64,000 nucleotides of DNA from an uncultured Chloroflexia bacterium (GTDB lineage: Bacteria; Chloroflexota; Limnocylindria; Limnocylindrales; CSP1-4). This document shows, piece by piece, positions 29,436-38,733 of the stretch. The translations under genes were made by a program, and so were the position numbers. The stretch covers positions 262,546 through 326,545 of the forward strand of contig CAWCMN010000009.1 in the NCBI GenBank assembly GCA_963796715.1. Reading direction: 5' to 3'. Each line of letters opens with the position of its first letter. The first letter of the stretch is position 1. Below the pieces are notes generated by a model. That model made no database searches and was not told where the DNA came from. It saw only the letters and a program-made list of their open reading frames with translations.

Positions 29436-30139
29436 GGCGTGGCCGCCGGCTGCTGGGCCAGCCAGGCCTGGAAGTCGGCCACGGGCTCGGCCACGATGGT
29501 GAACGTCATCTGGTAGTGCTCGAGCCCGCAGTACTCGGCGCACTGCCCGCTGTACGTGCCCGCCTGCACGATGTCGAGCTCGAACGTGGACGAGCGGCCG
29601 GGGATGGCATCCCGCTTGAAGAGGAAAGCCGGCACATAGAACGAGTGGTCGACATCGACGGACGTGATCGTGACGTGCACGGGTTCACCCACCGGCAGAT
29701 GCACGACCGGGGGGCTCGACGCGTCTCCCAGCACCTCGACCGCGGGTTGTGCGAAGTCGAAGCGCCAGCCCCAGCGGAACGCCGTGATGTGCAGTTCGAC
29801 GGCCGGTCCCGGTGAGACAGCGTCCACCCGTCCGATGACGACCACCGTCAGCCCGAACAGGACCGCCACGAGCACGGCCGGCAGGGCCGTCCAGGCCACC
29901 TCCAGGCGGAGCGAGCCGCGCGTCTGCGGGGGGAGGTCCGGCCCACGACGGCGCCGCGAGCGCAGGACGGCCAGTGACACGCCACCCCACACGACGGCCA
30001 GCACGGCGCCCGCGGCGACAAGGAACACGACGTAGAGCTGGCTGATGCTCTGGGCCTGCTGGGTGGCGGCCGCGGGCATGCAGCCGGCCACGGCGGCGCT
30101 GACGACGAGGACCAGCGCAGTGAGGCGGAGCCGGCTCAC
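29432..30139 (-). CDS. ctaC: Cytochrome c oxidase subunit II (CuA)
   Basis: Lipobox VAGC, two TM helices and CuA ligands DVDHSF...[12 protein letters not shown]. Confidence 0.9.
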   Translation of the reverse strand: MSRLRLTALVLVVSAAVAGCMPAAATQQAQSISQLYVVFLVAAGAVLAVVWGGVSLAVLRSRRRRGPDLPPQTRGSLRLEVAWTALPAVLVAVLFGLTVVVIGRVDAVSPGPAVELHITAFRWGWRFDFAQPAVEVLGDASSPPVVHLPVGEPVHVTITSVDVDHSFYVPAFLFKRDAIPGRSSTFELDIVQAGTYSGQCAEYCGLEHYQMTFTIVAEPVADFQAWLAQQPAATP

Positions 30140-31527
30140 GGGTCCGCCACGTCATACCCGCCTGCCTCGTTCCGCCGCCACGGCTGACCCGGTTCGCTGC
30201 CGTGACTGCGGCGCTCGCGCAGCTCGTGAGCGACCCGCCAGGCGACGAGCCAGGCGACGGGTGGCGCGAGCAGGAACAGCACGCGGAAGAGATCGGTGAC
30301 CTGCTCCAGGCCGAGGCTGAACGTCGCGGCCAGCACGTCGTTCGCGCCGGCGAAGGTCAGGACGATGAAGGCCGTGAGGAGGGCGGCCCCACTGGCCAGC
30401 CGGACCGGCTGCTCCCAGGGCAGGTCCAGGAGGTGGTGCGTCGCCGTGTCGCCCGTGAGGCGCCGCTCGATCCACGGCCAGGCGACGAAGATGCTGAAGA
30501 GGAGGCCCGGCAGGACCACGGCCGGCAGGAACAGCGTGGAGATGGTCACCCCCAGGATCGTGGGCTCGAAGGGCGGCCCGATCCGGATCGCCCCTTCCAG
30601 CCAGCCCATGTACCAGTCCGGTTGCGCCGGGGAACTGACCGCGTACGGGACGTAGGTGCCGTAGAGCCAGACCGGGTTGATCTGGACGAGCCCGCCGATA
30701 CCGGCGATGACCGCCGCCGTGAGGAAGAAGAGGCCGGCTGACCGAAAGGCCTGGCCGGGCCAGAACGCCCGCCCCACGACGTTGTCCTCGCGGGCCCGGC
30801 CTCCCCGGTACTGGGTGTGCTTCTGCACGACCAGGATCGTCAGGTGCAGCGCGACCCCGCCGATGAGCAGGGCCGGCACGAGGAAGACGTGGAACACGAA
30901 CAGACGGCTGATGATGGCCTGCGTGGGGAACTCGCCGCCGAACACCAGGGCGGCCAGGCTGGGCCCGACAAGGGGCACCGACAGGAACACCGAGTCCAGG
31001 ATCCGCAGGCCCGTTCCGGACAGCAGGTCATCCGGCAGCGAGTAGCCGGAGAACCCTTCCGCGAGGGCAAGCACCAGGAGGCCGATGCCGACCAGCCAGT
31101 TGAGCTCGCGCGGGCGACGGAACGCGCCGGTGAAGAAGATACGGCTGGCGTGGGCCACGATGCAGGCCACGAAGACGAGCGCCGCCCAGTGGTGGATCTG
31201 GCGCATGAGCAGGCCGGCCGGGACGTCGAAGCTGAGGTGAAGGACGGAGGCGAACGCGGCCGACACCGTGCTGCCGTTGAGCACGGCGTAGGCCCCTTCA
31301 TAGGTCACGGGACTCGAGTCGGGGACGTAGAAGAAGATGAGGAAGGTGCCCGTGGCCACGAGCACGACGAGGCAGAACAGCGCCAGCTCGCCGAGCAGGA
31401 ACGACCAGTGATCGGGGAAGACCTTGCGCAGACCGGTCCGGGCGATCTCGGCGACGCCGGTGCGCTCGTCGAGCCAGCGCACGAGGCGCTCCAGCTCGGT
31501 CGGCGGGCGGTCCGCGGGCTCGCTCAT
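30136..31527 (-). CDS. qcrB: Cytochrome bc1 complex cytochrome b subunit
   Basis: Heme-ligand His pairs in the cytochrome b fold (RQIHHWAALVFV..., HLTILVVQKHT). 463 aa, as expected for actinobacterial QcrB. Confidence 0.9.
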   Translation of the reverse strand: MSEPADRPPTELERLVRWLDERTGVAEIARTGLRKVFPDHWSFLLGELALFCLVVLVATGTFLIFFYVPDSSPVTYEGAYAVLNGSTVSAAFASVLHLSFDVPAGLLMRQIHHWAALVFVACIVAHASRIFFTGAFRRPRELNWLVGIGLLVLALAEGFSGYSLPDDLLSGTGLRILDSVFLSVPLVGPSLAALVFGGEFPTQAIISRLFVFHVFLVPALLIGGVALHLTILVVQKHTQYRGGRAREDNVVGRAFWPGQAFRSAGLFFLTAAVIAGIGGLVQINPVWLYGTYVPYAVSSPAQPDWYMGWLEGAIRIGPPFEPTILGVTISTLFLPAVVLPGLLFSIFVAWPWIERRLTGDTATHHLLDLPWEQPVRLASGAALLTAFIVLTFAGANDVLAATFSLGLEQVTDLFRVLFLLAPPVAWLVAWRVAHELRERRSHGSEPGQPWRRNEAGGYDVADP

Positions 31528-32387
31528 GACGAGGTTCGATCCCAGAAGCTGGGCCCGACCGGCTCGGGGAAGTCGCCCTCGGCGACGACCGTGCCATCGG
31601 CGGCGATCGTGATCTGGAGCTGCGGCAGGGGGCGGGCGGCCGGCCCGAAGACGGGGTCGGCCCCGGCGAGCACGTCGAAAGTGGACTGGTGGCAGGGGCA
31701 GATCAGCCGGTGGTCACTGGTGCGGTACAGGCCGACCGGACAACCCGCGTGGGTGCACAGCTTGGAGTACACGACGTAGCCCTGCGGCGCCCAGGAAGCG
31801 TGATCGGCAGGCAGCCGGAGGAGGCTCGGGTCGACGTGGATGAGGATGGCCTGTGAGTCGGCCGCCGTCGTGGCGCCCTCGGGGAAGACCGTTGCCACGC
31901 CGTCCATGGGCACGTCGGCGATGTGCAGCAGCGCGCCGTCCGGCGTGACCAGGCGCTTGCCGCGCCGCCACGACGTCTCGAAGAGGCTGCGGCCTGGGGC
32001 CGGCCCCAGCGAGAGCACGGGCACGGCGAGGGCGAGGCCCAGGCCACCCAGGGCCACGAACAGCATGCGCACCAGCAGCCTGCGGCGGCTGAACCCCGCC
32101 TCCTCCTCCAGCACGTCGCTCAGCGCGGCCGCGCCGGCCGGCCCACTGCCGAGCGGGTGCCGTTCCTCGACGTGGACCGGCGTGGCCATCAGCCGGCTGG
32201 CCCACACCACCATCCCGGCCCCCAGCGCGCCCAGGCAGACGGCGAGTAGCACGCCCTGGAGCTCGATGGGCCCGGCCGCCACGTAGACGACGAGCAGCGA
32301 CGCACCGCTGAGGGCAGTGACGCCGAACGCGCCCAGGACGAGCCGTTCGGCGTCTCGTTCGTGGGCCGGGTCCCGCCGCTCGATCAT
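31524..32387 (-). CDS. qcrA: Rieske iron-sulfur subunit of the bc1 complex
   Basis: CTHAGCPV and CPCHQSTF Rieske boxes with 3 N-terminal TM helices. Confidence 0.85.
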   Translation of the reverse strand: MIERRDPAHERDAERLVLGAFGVTALSGASLLVVYVAAGPIELQGVLLAVCLGALGAGMVVWASRLMATPVHVEERHPLGSGPAGAAALSDVLEEEAGFSRRRLLVRMLFVALGGLGLALAVPVLSLGPAPGRSLFETSWRRGKRLVTPDGALLHIADVPMDGVATVFPEGATTAADSQAILIHVDPSLLRLPADHASWAPQGYVVYSKLCTHAGCPVGLYRTSDHRLICPCHQSTFDVLAGADPVFGPAARPLPQLQITIAADGTVVAEGDFPEPVGPSFWDRTSS

Positions 32388-33151
32388 CAGCGCGGTTCCG
32401 GCGGCCGCGGTGGTTCGATCCGCCGGACGATCAGGACGAGGAGTCCGAGGCCCACGACCACGGCCAGGAGGCCTTCCGCGACCGTGCCCCCGGAGAGGGG
32501 CAGGCCGCCCGTGGCGGGCGCGGCGCGCAGGTACTCGACGTAGCTGGCGATCGCGTCCGTGTCCGCCGCGTCGTCATCGAAGACCGGCATGGCTCCGGGT
32601 CCGGTCCGCATCGCCTCCGCGACCTGGACCGGCGTCGCCTGGTCCAGCGGCGGGGCCGCGTAGCCGCCGCCGATGGCATCGCCCTGACCCTGCGCTCCGT
32701 GGCACGCCGCACAGGTGTTGATGAAGAGCGCGGCCCCGCGAGCCAGTTCGGCGTCATCGGTCACGACGGTAGGGATGCCGGGGCCGTTGCCCATGGACGC
32801 CACGTACGCCACGAGCGCCTGGATCTGCGCGTCCGTGAAAGCCGGCGGCTTGCGCACTGGGACGTCGCCTGGGTTGGCAAGCGGCATGCGGCCCGTGCTC
32901 AGCATGAAGTCGGCGCCGGCGGCGCCGGCATCGACGAGGGCCGGGCCCGTCGTCGTGCCCTGCCCCTGCACCCCGTGGCACGTGGCGCAGGACTGGAGGT
33001 ACAGCGACTGTCCCGACTGAGCGGCGGCCTGGACCATGCCGGTCCCGCCCGTGGGCGTCGACCGGGGGCCGCTGCGCACCAGCACGAGGCCCACGGCGAC
33101 GAGGACGAGCATAGCCAGCACGCCCCCGATCGCGCGCGCCCGTGCCGTCAT
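32387..33151 (-). CDS. qcrC: Diheme cytochrome c subunit of the bc1 complex
   Basis: Two CxxCH motifs (CATCH, CAACH) and a C-terminal TM anchor. ATG at 33151. Confidence 0.85.
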   Translation of the reverse strand: MTARARAIGGVLAMLVLVAVGLVLVRSGPRSTPTGGTGMVQAAAQSGQSLYLQSCATCHGVQGQGTTTGPALVDAGAAGADFMLSTGRMPLANPGDVPVRKPPAFTDAQIQALVAYVASMGNGPGIPTVVTDDAELARGAALFINTCAACHGAQGQGDAIGGGYAAPPLDQATPVQVAEAMRTGPGAMPVFDDDAADTDAIASYVEYLRAAPATGGLPLSGGTVAEGLLAVVVGLGLLVLIVRRIEPPRPPEPR

Positions 33152-33256
33152 GCTGACCACCCGCGAAGTCCGGACGACCCGCCCCCGGTGAGCTTGTATC
33201 GTACGCGTCGAACGCGCCGCCCGCCGCCCGGCACCAGCGTCTTCGGAGCCGAGGTG

Positions 33257-33625
33257 ATGACCGAACCGCTTGCGACCGTCCATCTCGTCCTCGCGGCCTT
33301 GGCCGGCACGGCGGTCGTCGGCGGCATGATCGTCGGCGCTGCGGGCTGGTTCATGGACCGCGTCGTCGACCGCTGGCTGGATCGGGCCATCCTGCTGCTG
33401 CTTGCGGCCAGCGCGGGCACGGCGCTCGTGGGCCTGCTCCTGCTGGCCACGGGCCACCAGCCGTCGGACCTTCTGCATCTGCTGTACGCCGCGGCCATCG
33501 CTGTGACCGTGCCGCTCGTTCGGGTCTGGGCCGCGTCCCGGCCGCCGCGGCGTCGCGCGGCCCTGCTGGCGCTGGCCTTCCTGGTCAGTGCGGCGTACCT
33601 CGCGCGGCTGGTCATGACGAGCTGA
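33257..33625 (+). CDS. Hypothetical small membrane protein (122 aa, 3-4 TM)
   Basis: ATG at 33257 within the longer ORF 32699-33625. Hydrophobic helices. Divergent from qcrC. Confidence 0.4.
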   Translation: MTEPLATVHLVLAALAGTAVVGGMIVGAAGWFMDRVVDRWLDRAILLLLAASAGTALVGLLLLATGHQPSDLLHLLYAAAIAVTVPLVRVWAASRPPRRRAALLALAFLVSAAYLARLVMTS

Positions 33626-33646
33626 GTGCTCGCGACATGCTTTGGG

Positions 33647-34654
33647 TCAACGCTGCGTGGACCCGGACGCGCTCCTGAAGCCGCGACGGAGCACGGTCCC
33701 CACGGTCAGCACGGTCGCGGCGACGACCGCGATGAGGCGGCGGTGCAGCGACACTTCCAACAGCGCCGAGCGACGATGGGCTCGGTCATCGAAACGACCG
33801 TGCGCACCGTGGTCCTGCAGCGCATCGACGGGAGCGGCCAGATCGTCCGGCCGAACCCGGCGGCGCTCCCCGGTCTGCTGGCCGGTATACGCCGTCAGGG
33901 CCAGGTAGCGGTCGAGAAGGCCCGGCACGAACTTTTGGGCCCACACGGCGAGGAGCGTGGGACCGCCCACGAACAGCTCGCGCCGCGGGTGGTGGGCCGA
34001 GTAGACGATCGCCCGCGCAGCCACCTCGGGCTGGAAGATCGGGGGGACCGGCTGGGCCCGGTGGGGCAGGCGACTGCGGACCCAATCGAACTGGGGCGTG
34101 TTGACGGCGGGCAGATGGACCACCGTGACCCGGACGTGACTGCCATCGTGGAGCAACTCGCAGCGAAGGGAATCGGTGAAGCCGACGATCGCATGCTTCG
34201 TCGCGCAGTACGCCGACTGGAGGGGGATCGACCGGTAGGCCAGGGCCGAGCCAACCTGGATGATGACGCCGTCGTCGCGCGGCGCCATGCATCTCAAGGC
34301 AGCGAGGGTGCCGTGCACGTAGCCGAGGTAATTGACCTCGGTGACGCGACGATATTCCGGCGGCTTCGTCTCCTGCACGGGGGCGAAGACGGACTCCATC
34401 GCGACGTTGACCCAGGCGTCGATGGGCCCCAGCTCACGTTCTGCCTGCAGCGCCGCCGCCACCACGGCATCCGCATCGGCGACGTCGCAAGGCAGGACGA
34501 GGGCCCGGCGTCCGACAGACCGGACCTCTGCTGCGGCAGCCTCGAGGGCGGACCGGCCCCGCGCCATCAGTGCCACGTCCCATCCGTCGCTGGCGAAGGC
34601 CCTGGCGGTCGCGCGTCCGACGCCGGCGGATGCACCGGTGATGACCACGATCAT
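33647..34654 (-). CDS. SDR family oxidoreductase with a C-terminal membrane anchor
   Basis: TGASAGVGRA, NAG-like VNVAM, YCATKHA (YxxxK) and a C-terminal TM (LIAVVAATVLTVGTVL). The ATG overlaps the upstream stop. Confidence 0.8.
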   Translation of the reverse strand: MIVVITGASAGVGRATARAFASDGWDVALMARGRSALEAAAAEVRSVGRRALVLPCDVADADAVVAAALQAERELGPIDAWVNVAMESVFAPVQETKPPEYRRVTEVNYLGYVHGTLAALRCMAPRDDGVIIQVGSALAYRSIPLQSAYCATKHAIVGFTDSLRCELLHDGSHVRVTVVHLPAVNTPQFDWVRSRLPHRAQPVPPIFQPEVAARAIVYSAHHPRRELFVGGPTLLAVWAQKFVPGLLDRYLALTAYTGQQTGERRRVRPDDLAAPVDALQDHGAHGRFDDRAHRRSALLEVSLHRRLIAVVAATVLTVGTVLRRGFRSASGSTQR

Positions 34655-36975
34655 GGTCGGACTCCTTCGTACTCGCGTGAGATCGCCCCGCCCGCCGCGG
34701 GCGGGCCACCTTCGGCATCGACCCTGGCGTCGTCGACCGTGACGTCCAGGTCGCCGTGGATCCGCTCCACGGTGACCGTCGTGGCCGTCCCCTCCCGCTC
34801 GAAGCGGAGGTCCGCGGTCGCCGAGCCGACCGCCAGGCCGCGCAGCCGCAGGCGGTCGACGAAGCCGGGGAGCCGCGGTCGCACGATCCGCAGGCGTCGT
34901 TCGAAGGCCGCCGGCTCGAGGCCGAGCGTCGTCGTCAGGAGGTAGGGCACGCTCCCGGCCGCCCAGGCCTGCGGGTGGCAGGCCACCGGATAGCGGACAG
35001 GGATGCCGAAGGTGCTGCGCTCCAGGCCGGCGAAGCACTCCGGCAGCCGCCCATGGGCGAAGTCGGCTCCGGCCTCGACGAGCGAGTCCAGGAGGCGGCC
35101 AGCCTCCTCATCGAACCCGTAGCGCCGGAAGCCCGCGGCGATGAGGCTGTTGTCATGGGGCCACACCGTGCCCAGGTGGTAGCCCACCGGGTTGTAGGCG
35201 ACGGCCTCGGAGGACAGGGTGCGGATCCCCCAGCCGCTGAACATGTCGTCGGCCATGAGGCGCCGCGTGACGGCCCGTGCGTGTTCGGCGGAGGCGATGC
35301 CGGAGAAGAGGACCTGGCCCGCGTTCGAACTCACGACCTCGCACGGCTCGCCGTCCTTCTGGAGGGCCATCACGTAACAACCGAGGGCTTCCGACCAGAA
35401 GTCGCGCTCGAAAGCCGCCCGGAGTCTGTCGGCCGCACCGCGCAGGGCCTGGGCCCGCGTCCCGTCGCCGGCCAGCTCGAAGAGGTCGGCCACGCGGCGC
35501 CGGGCGAGGAAGACGTATCCCTGGACCTCGGCCAGGATGATCGGCGGCGTGGCGACGCGCCCGCGGGCGTCGACGATGCCATCGCCCGAGTCCTTCCACC
35601 CCTGGTTGACCAGTCCGCCGTCGGACGTGCTGGCGTACCCCACGTAGCCATCTCCGTCTTCGGCACCTTGGCGGTCGAGCCAGGCCAGCGCACGGTCCAC
35701 GTTCGGCCGTAGCTCCTCGAACAGCTCCAGCGAGCCGGTCCATGCGGCGTGCTCGGCGAGGAGGATCAGGAACAGGGGTGTCGCGTCGACGGTGCCGAAG
35801 TAGGGCGTCTGGGGGATGCGGTCCAGTCTCGCCAGCTCACCAACGCGCAGTTCGTGGAGGATCCTGCCGGGCTGCTCGTCCCGCCATGCGTCGACGTGGT
35901 CGCCCTGCCGCCGGGCGAGCAGGCGCAGGGTGCCCGCCGCGACGGACCGGTCGAACGCCAGCGTCTGCAGCGCGGTGATCAACGAGTCACGCCCGAACAG
36001 GGCCGAGAACCACGGCAAGCCGGCGCCGTAGTACGGCAGCCCGTCCAGGCGGGCGCGGAGCAGCACGAGATCGTGGAGCGACCGGGCCAGGACGTGGTCG
36101 AAGGACGGGGCGTTCGTTCCGAGCGACACGGCCCATGGGCTGCCGCCGACCAGCTGTCGGCGGGCCATCCGGGCGCTCACCGGCGGGTCCGGCTCGCCTT
36201 TGGGCCGAACCGGCGCCTGGTCCGCGATACCCGGCACATCGGCGGCCGCCTCCTCGCCGATCCTGAGCACGATGTGGACGGTCGCCGATCCCCGGGCCGC
36301 GACGGGGAGGCGGATCGAGCAAGCCGGCCCGCGGTGCGTCGAAGGCGGCGGGTCGAACGTCACCTCCAGGGTCCGCCTGACGTGGTCCTTCCCCGCGAAG
36401 GCGAAGACGAGACGATGGTCATGCCACGCCGGCTTCTCCTGCGCCCCTGGCGGTTCATCCAGCAGACCCCGGATCTCGAAGACGTCCCGGAAGCCGGCCG
36501 CCAGCTCGATCCGCAACGGCAGCGTGGCGTCGGTGGCGCCGTGGTTGTGGATCTCCAGCGTGTCTGCCAGCTGGGGCAGGTCCCCATCCAGCTCGCGCGT
36601 CCACCGGATGGCGAGGCGATCCTTGCCGATCTTCCGGCCATGCCCGATCCGGATCTCAGGGTTCGTCAGCTCGATGATCGCCATCCGGCCGGCCTCAGCG
36701 GTCGCCGCCAGCGCCTCGGGCGCGACCCCGGCGACCCGGACCTCGTACCCGCCCAGGAACCGCGTGTCGTGATGGTAGAGACCGAACCCGTGCGCTCCGT
36801 CGACGGGGATCTGACCGTTCGGCGGGCACAGGAAGAACGGGTCGCCATCCTTGATGACGACGGCATCGCTGATGCTCCGGACCTGCGACGCCTGCGACCG
36901 CTTGAGGACCTTCCGCTTGCGCGCCGCCTGATCGGACGGCCGCCGCGGGACACGCCCCCGGTGCTGCTCGGCCAT
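34651..36975 (-). CDS. Amylo-alpha-1,6-glucosidase / glycogen-debranching-enzyme-like protein (GDE_N + GDE_C)
   Basis: 774 aa. N-terminal beta-sandwich and C-terminal (alpha/alpha)6-type region (GYHLGTVWPHDNS, VGYASTSDGGLVNQGWKDS). The first 35 aa form an unusual Lys/Arg-rich tail. Confidence 0.7.
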   Translation of the reverse strand: MAEQHRGRVPRRPSDQAARKRKVLKRSQASQVRSISDAVVIKDGDPFFLCPPNGQIPVDGAHGFGLYHHDTRFLGGYEVRVAGVAPEALAATAEAGRMAIIELTNPEIRIGHGRKIGKDRLAIRWTRELDGDLPQLADTLEIHNHGATDATLPLRIELAAGFRDVFEIRGLLDEPPGAQEKPAWHDHRLVFAFAGKDHVRRTLEVTFDPPPSTHRGPACSIRLPVAARGSATVHIVLRIGEEAAADVPGIADQAPVRPKGEPDPPVSARMARRQLVGGSPWAVSLGTNAPSFDHVLARSLHDLVLLRARLDGLPYYGAGLPWFSALFGRDSLITALQTLAFDRSVAAGTLRLLARRQGDHVDAWRDEQPGRILHELRVGELARLDRIPQTPYFGTVDATPLFLILLAEHAAWTGSLELFEELRPNVDRALAWLDRQGAEDGDGYVGYASTSDGGLVNQGWKDSGDGIVDARGRVATPPIILAEVQGYVFLARRRVADLFELAGDGTRAQALRGAADRLRAAFERDFWSEALGCYVMALQKDGEPCEVVSSNAGQVLFSGIASAEHARAVTRRLMADDMFSGWGIRTLSSEAVAYNPVGYHLGTVWPHDNSLIAAGFRRYGFDEEAGRLLDSLVEAGADFAHGRLPECFAGLERSTFGIPVRYPVACHPQAWAAGSVPYLLTTTLGLEPAAFERRLRIVRPRLPGFVDRLRLRGLAVGSATADLRFEREGTATTVTVERIHGDLDVTVDDARVDAEGGPPAAGGAISREYEGVRP

Positions 36976-36978
36976 GGC

Positions 36979-38733
36979 TCAGACCATCTCCCGGATCGCC
37001 TCACCCAGGGCGTGCCTGGCGACGGCGACCCCGTCCGGCTGGCCGCGAAGGATCGCGGCGGCGAAATTGGTGGCCTGCTCGCGGGTCGTCCGGGCCGGCA
37101 TGGGCGCCTCGAGCGGATCCACTACGGCCTCGATGAGCACCGGCCCCTGCCGGCCGAGGGCGGCGGCGACCTGCTCCCCGCAGCGGCGCGGATCCTCGAT
37201 CCTGACGCCGGTGCCGCCGCATGCCTCGGCCACCCGGGCGAAGTCGATCGGTTGAAGCTCGACGCCGTACTCGGGGTGGCCCAGGAAGACCATCTGCTCC
37301 CATTTGATCTGGCCCAGGTAGTCGTTCTTGATGACGACCACCTTGATGGGCAGTTCGTACTTCACCGCGGTGGCGAAGTCGGCCATGAGCATGCTGAAGC
37401 CGCCGTCGCCGACGATGGCGACGACCTCACGCTCCGGATATGCGATCTGCGCACCGATGGCGTAGGGCAGGCCGCAGGCCATCGTCGCCAGGTTGCCCGA
37501 CAGCGAGAACCGCTGACCGCGCCGCGCACGGATATGGCGCGCGAACCAGGTCGTGATCGTGCCCGAATCCGACACCACGATGGCCTCATCCGACAGACGC
37601 TTGCTGACCTCGGCCACCACCACCTGGGGCCGCATGGGGACATCCATGCGGGCCTCACGCTCGGCCATGAGCGTCCACCACTCGGCCATGCCCGAGCGGG
37701 CCCGGTCGAGGAACGAGCGGTCGTCGTGGTTGCGGAGCCGCGGCAGCAGCGCCTCGAGCGAGGCCCGGGCGTCGCCCACGAGGCCCACCTCGACGGGGCA
37801 GCGCAGCCCGATGCGGCCCGCGTCCAGGTCGATCTGGATCGCTCGCGCCCGTCCCGGCCGGGGATAGAACTCGATGTAGGGGAACGAGCTGCCCACGATC
37901 AGCAGGGTGTCGCAGTCGCCCAGCGCTTCTTCGGACGGCTTGGTGCCAAGCAGCCCGATGGGGCCCGTCGTGTAGGGGCTGTCGTCCGGGACCACGCCCT
38001 TGCCCAGGAGCGGCGTGACGATGGGGGCCGCCAGCCGGTCAGCGACTCGCTCGAGCACGTCCCCGGCGCCCAGGGCGCCACGTCCCGCGAGGATCGCCAC
38101 CCTGGTCCCGGCATCGAGGACCTCCGCGGCGTGCTGCAGGTCCGCGTCCGCCGGCATGGAAGCGCCATGGGCGGCGACATCGCTCGTGTGGGCCGGGATG
38201 TCCGTGGCGGCTCGCGGTCCGGCGTCGGCGTCCAGCTCCTGGAGATCGGTCGGGAAGCAGATGTGGGCCACGCCTCGGTGGGCGAGCGCCATCCGACAGG
38301 CCAGCGGCACCACGTTCGCGACGTGGGCCGCATTCATGATCCGCGTGTTGTAGACGGTCACGTCCTCGAAGACGCGGGTGAGGTCGACGTCCTGCTGCTG
38401 GGCGGTGTCGATGAGATCGCTGTAGTGATGGCCCGTCACGGCGAGCACCGGCGCGCCGTCGAGCTTGGCGTCATAGAGGCCGTTGAGCAGGTGCAGGCCA
38501 CCCGGCCCCGAGGTCGCCAGGCAGACGCCGAGCCGGCCGCTGAACTTCGCGTATGCGGTGGCCGCGAAGGCCGCCGACTCCTCGTGCCGCACCTGGATGA
38601 AGTGGATCTCATCCTGGTGGGTTCGCAGCGACTCCATGAGGCCGTTGATCCCGTCGCCGGGCAGCCCGAACACCGTGTCGACCCCCCATTCGATCAGGGT
38701 CTCCACCAGGACGTCCGCAGCCGATCTCGTCAT
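36979..38733 (-). CDS. Thiamine-diphosphate-dependent pyruvate oxidase / pyruvate dehydrogenase (quinone)-like enzyme
   Basis: TPP-enzyme N, M and C domains and the TPP-binding motif GDGGFSM...N. Confidence 0.8.
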   Translation of the reverse strand: MTRSAADVLVETLIEWGVDTVFGLPGDGINGLMESLRTHQDEIHFIQVRHEESAAFAATAYAKFSGRLGVCLATSGPGGLHLLNGLYDAKLDGAPVLAVTGHHYSDLIDTAQQQDVDLTRVFEDVTVYNTRIMNAAHVANVVPLACRMALAHRGVAHICFPTDLQELDADAGPRAATDIPAHTSDVAAHGASMPADADLQHAAEVLDAGTRVAILAGRGALGAGDVLERVADRLAAPIVTPLLGKGVVPDDSPYTTGPIGLLGTKPSEEALGDCDTLLIVGSSFPYIEFYPRPGRARAIQIDLDAGRIGLRCPVEVGLVGDARASLEALLPRLRNHDDRSFLDRARSGMAEWWTLMAEREARMDVPMRPQVVVAEVSKRLSDEAIVVSDSGTITTWFARHIRARRGQRFSLSGNLATMACGLPYAIGAQIAYPEREVVAIVGDGGFSMLMADFATAVKYELPIKVVVIKNDYLGQIKWEQMVFLGHPEYGVELQPIDFARVAEACGGTGVRIEDPRRCGEQVAAALGRQGPVLIEAVVDPLEAPMPARTTREQATNFAAAILRGQPDGVAVARHALGEAIREMV

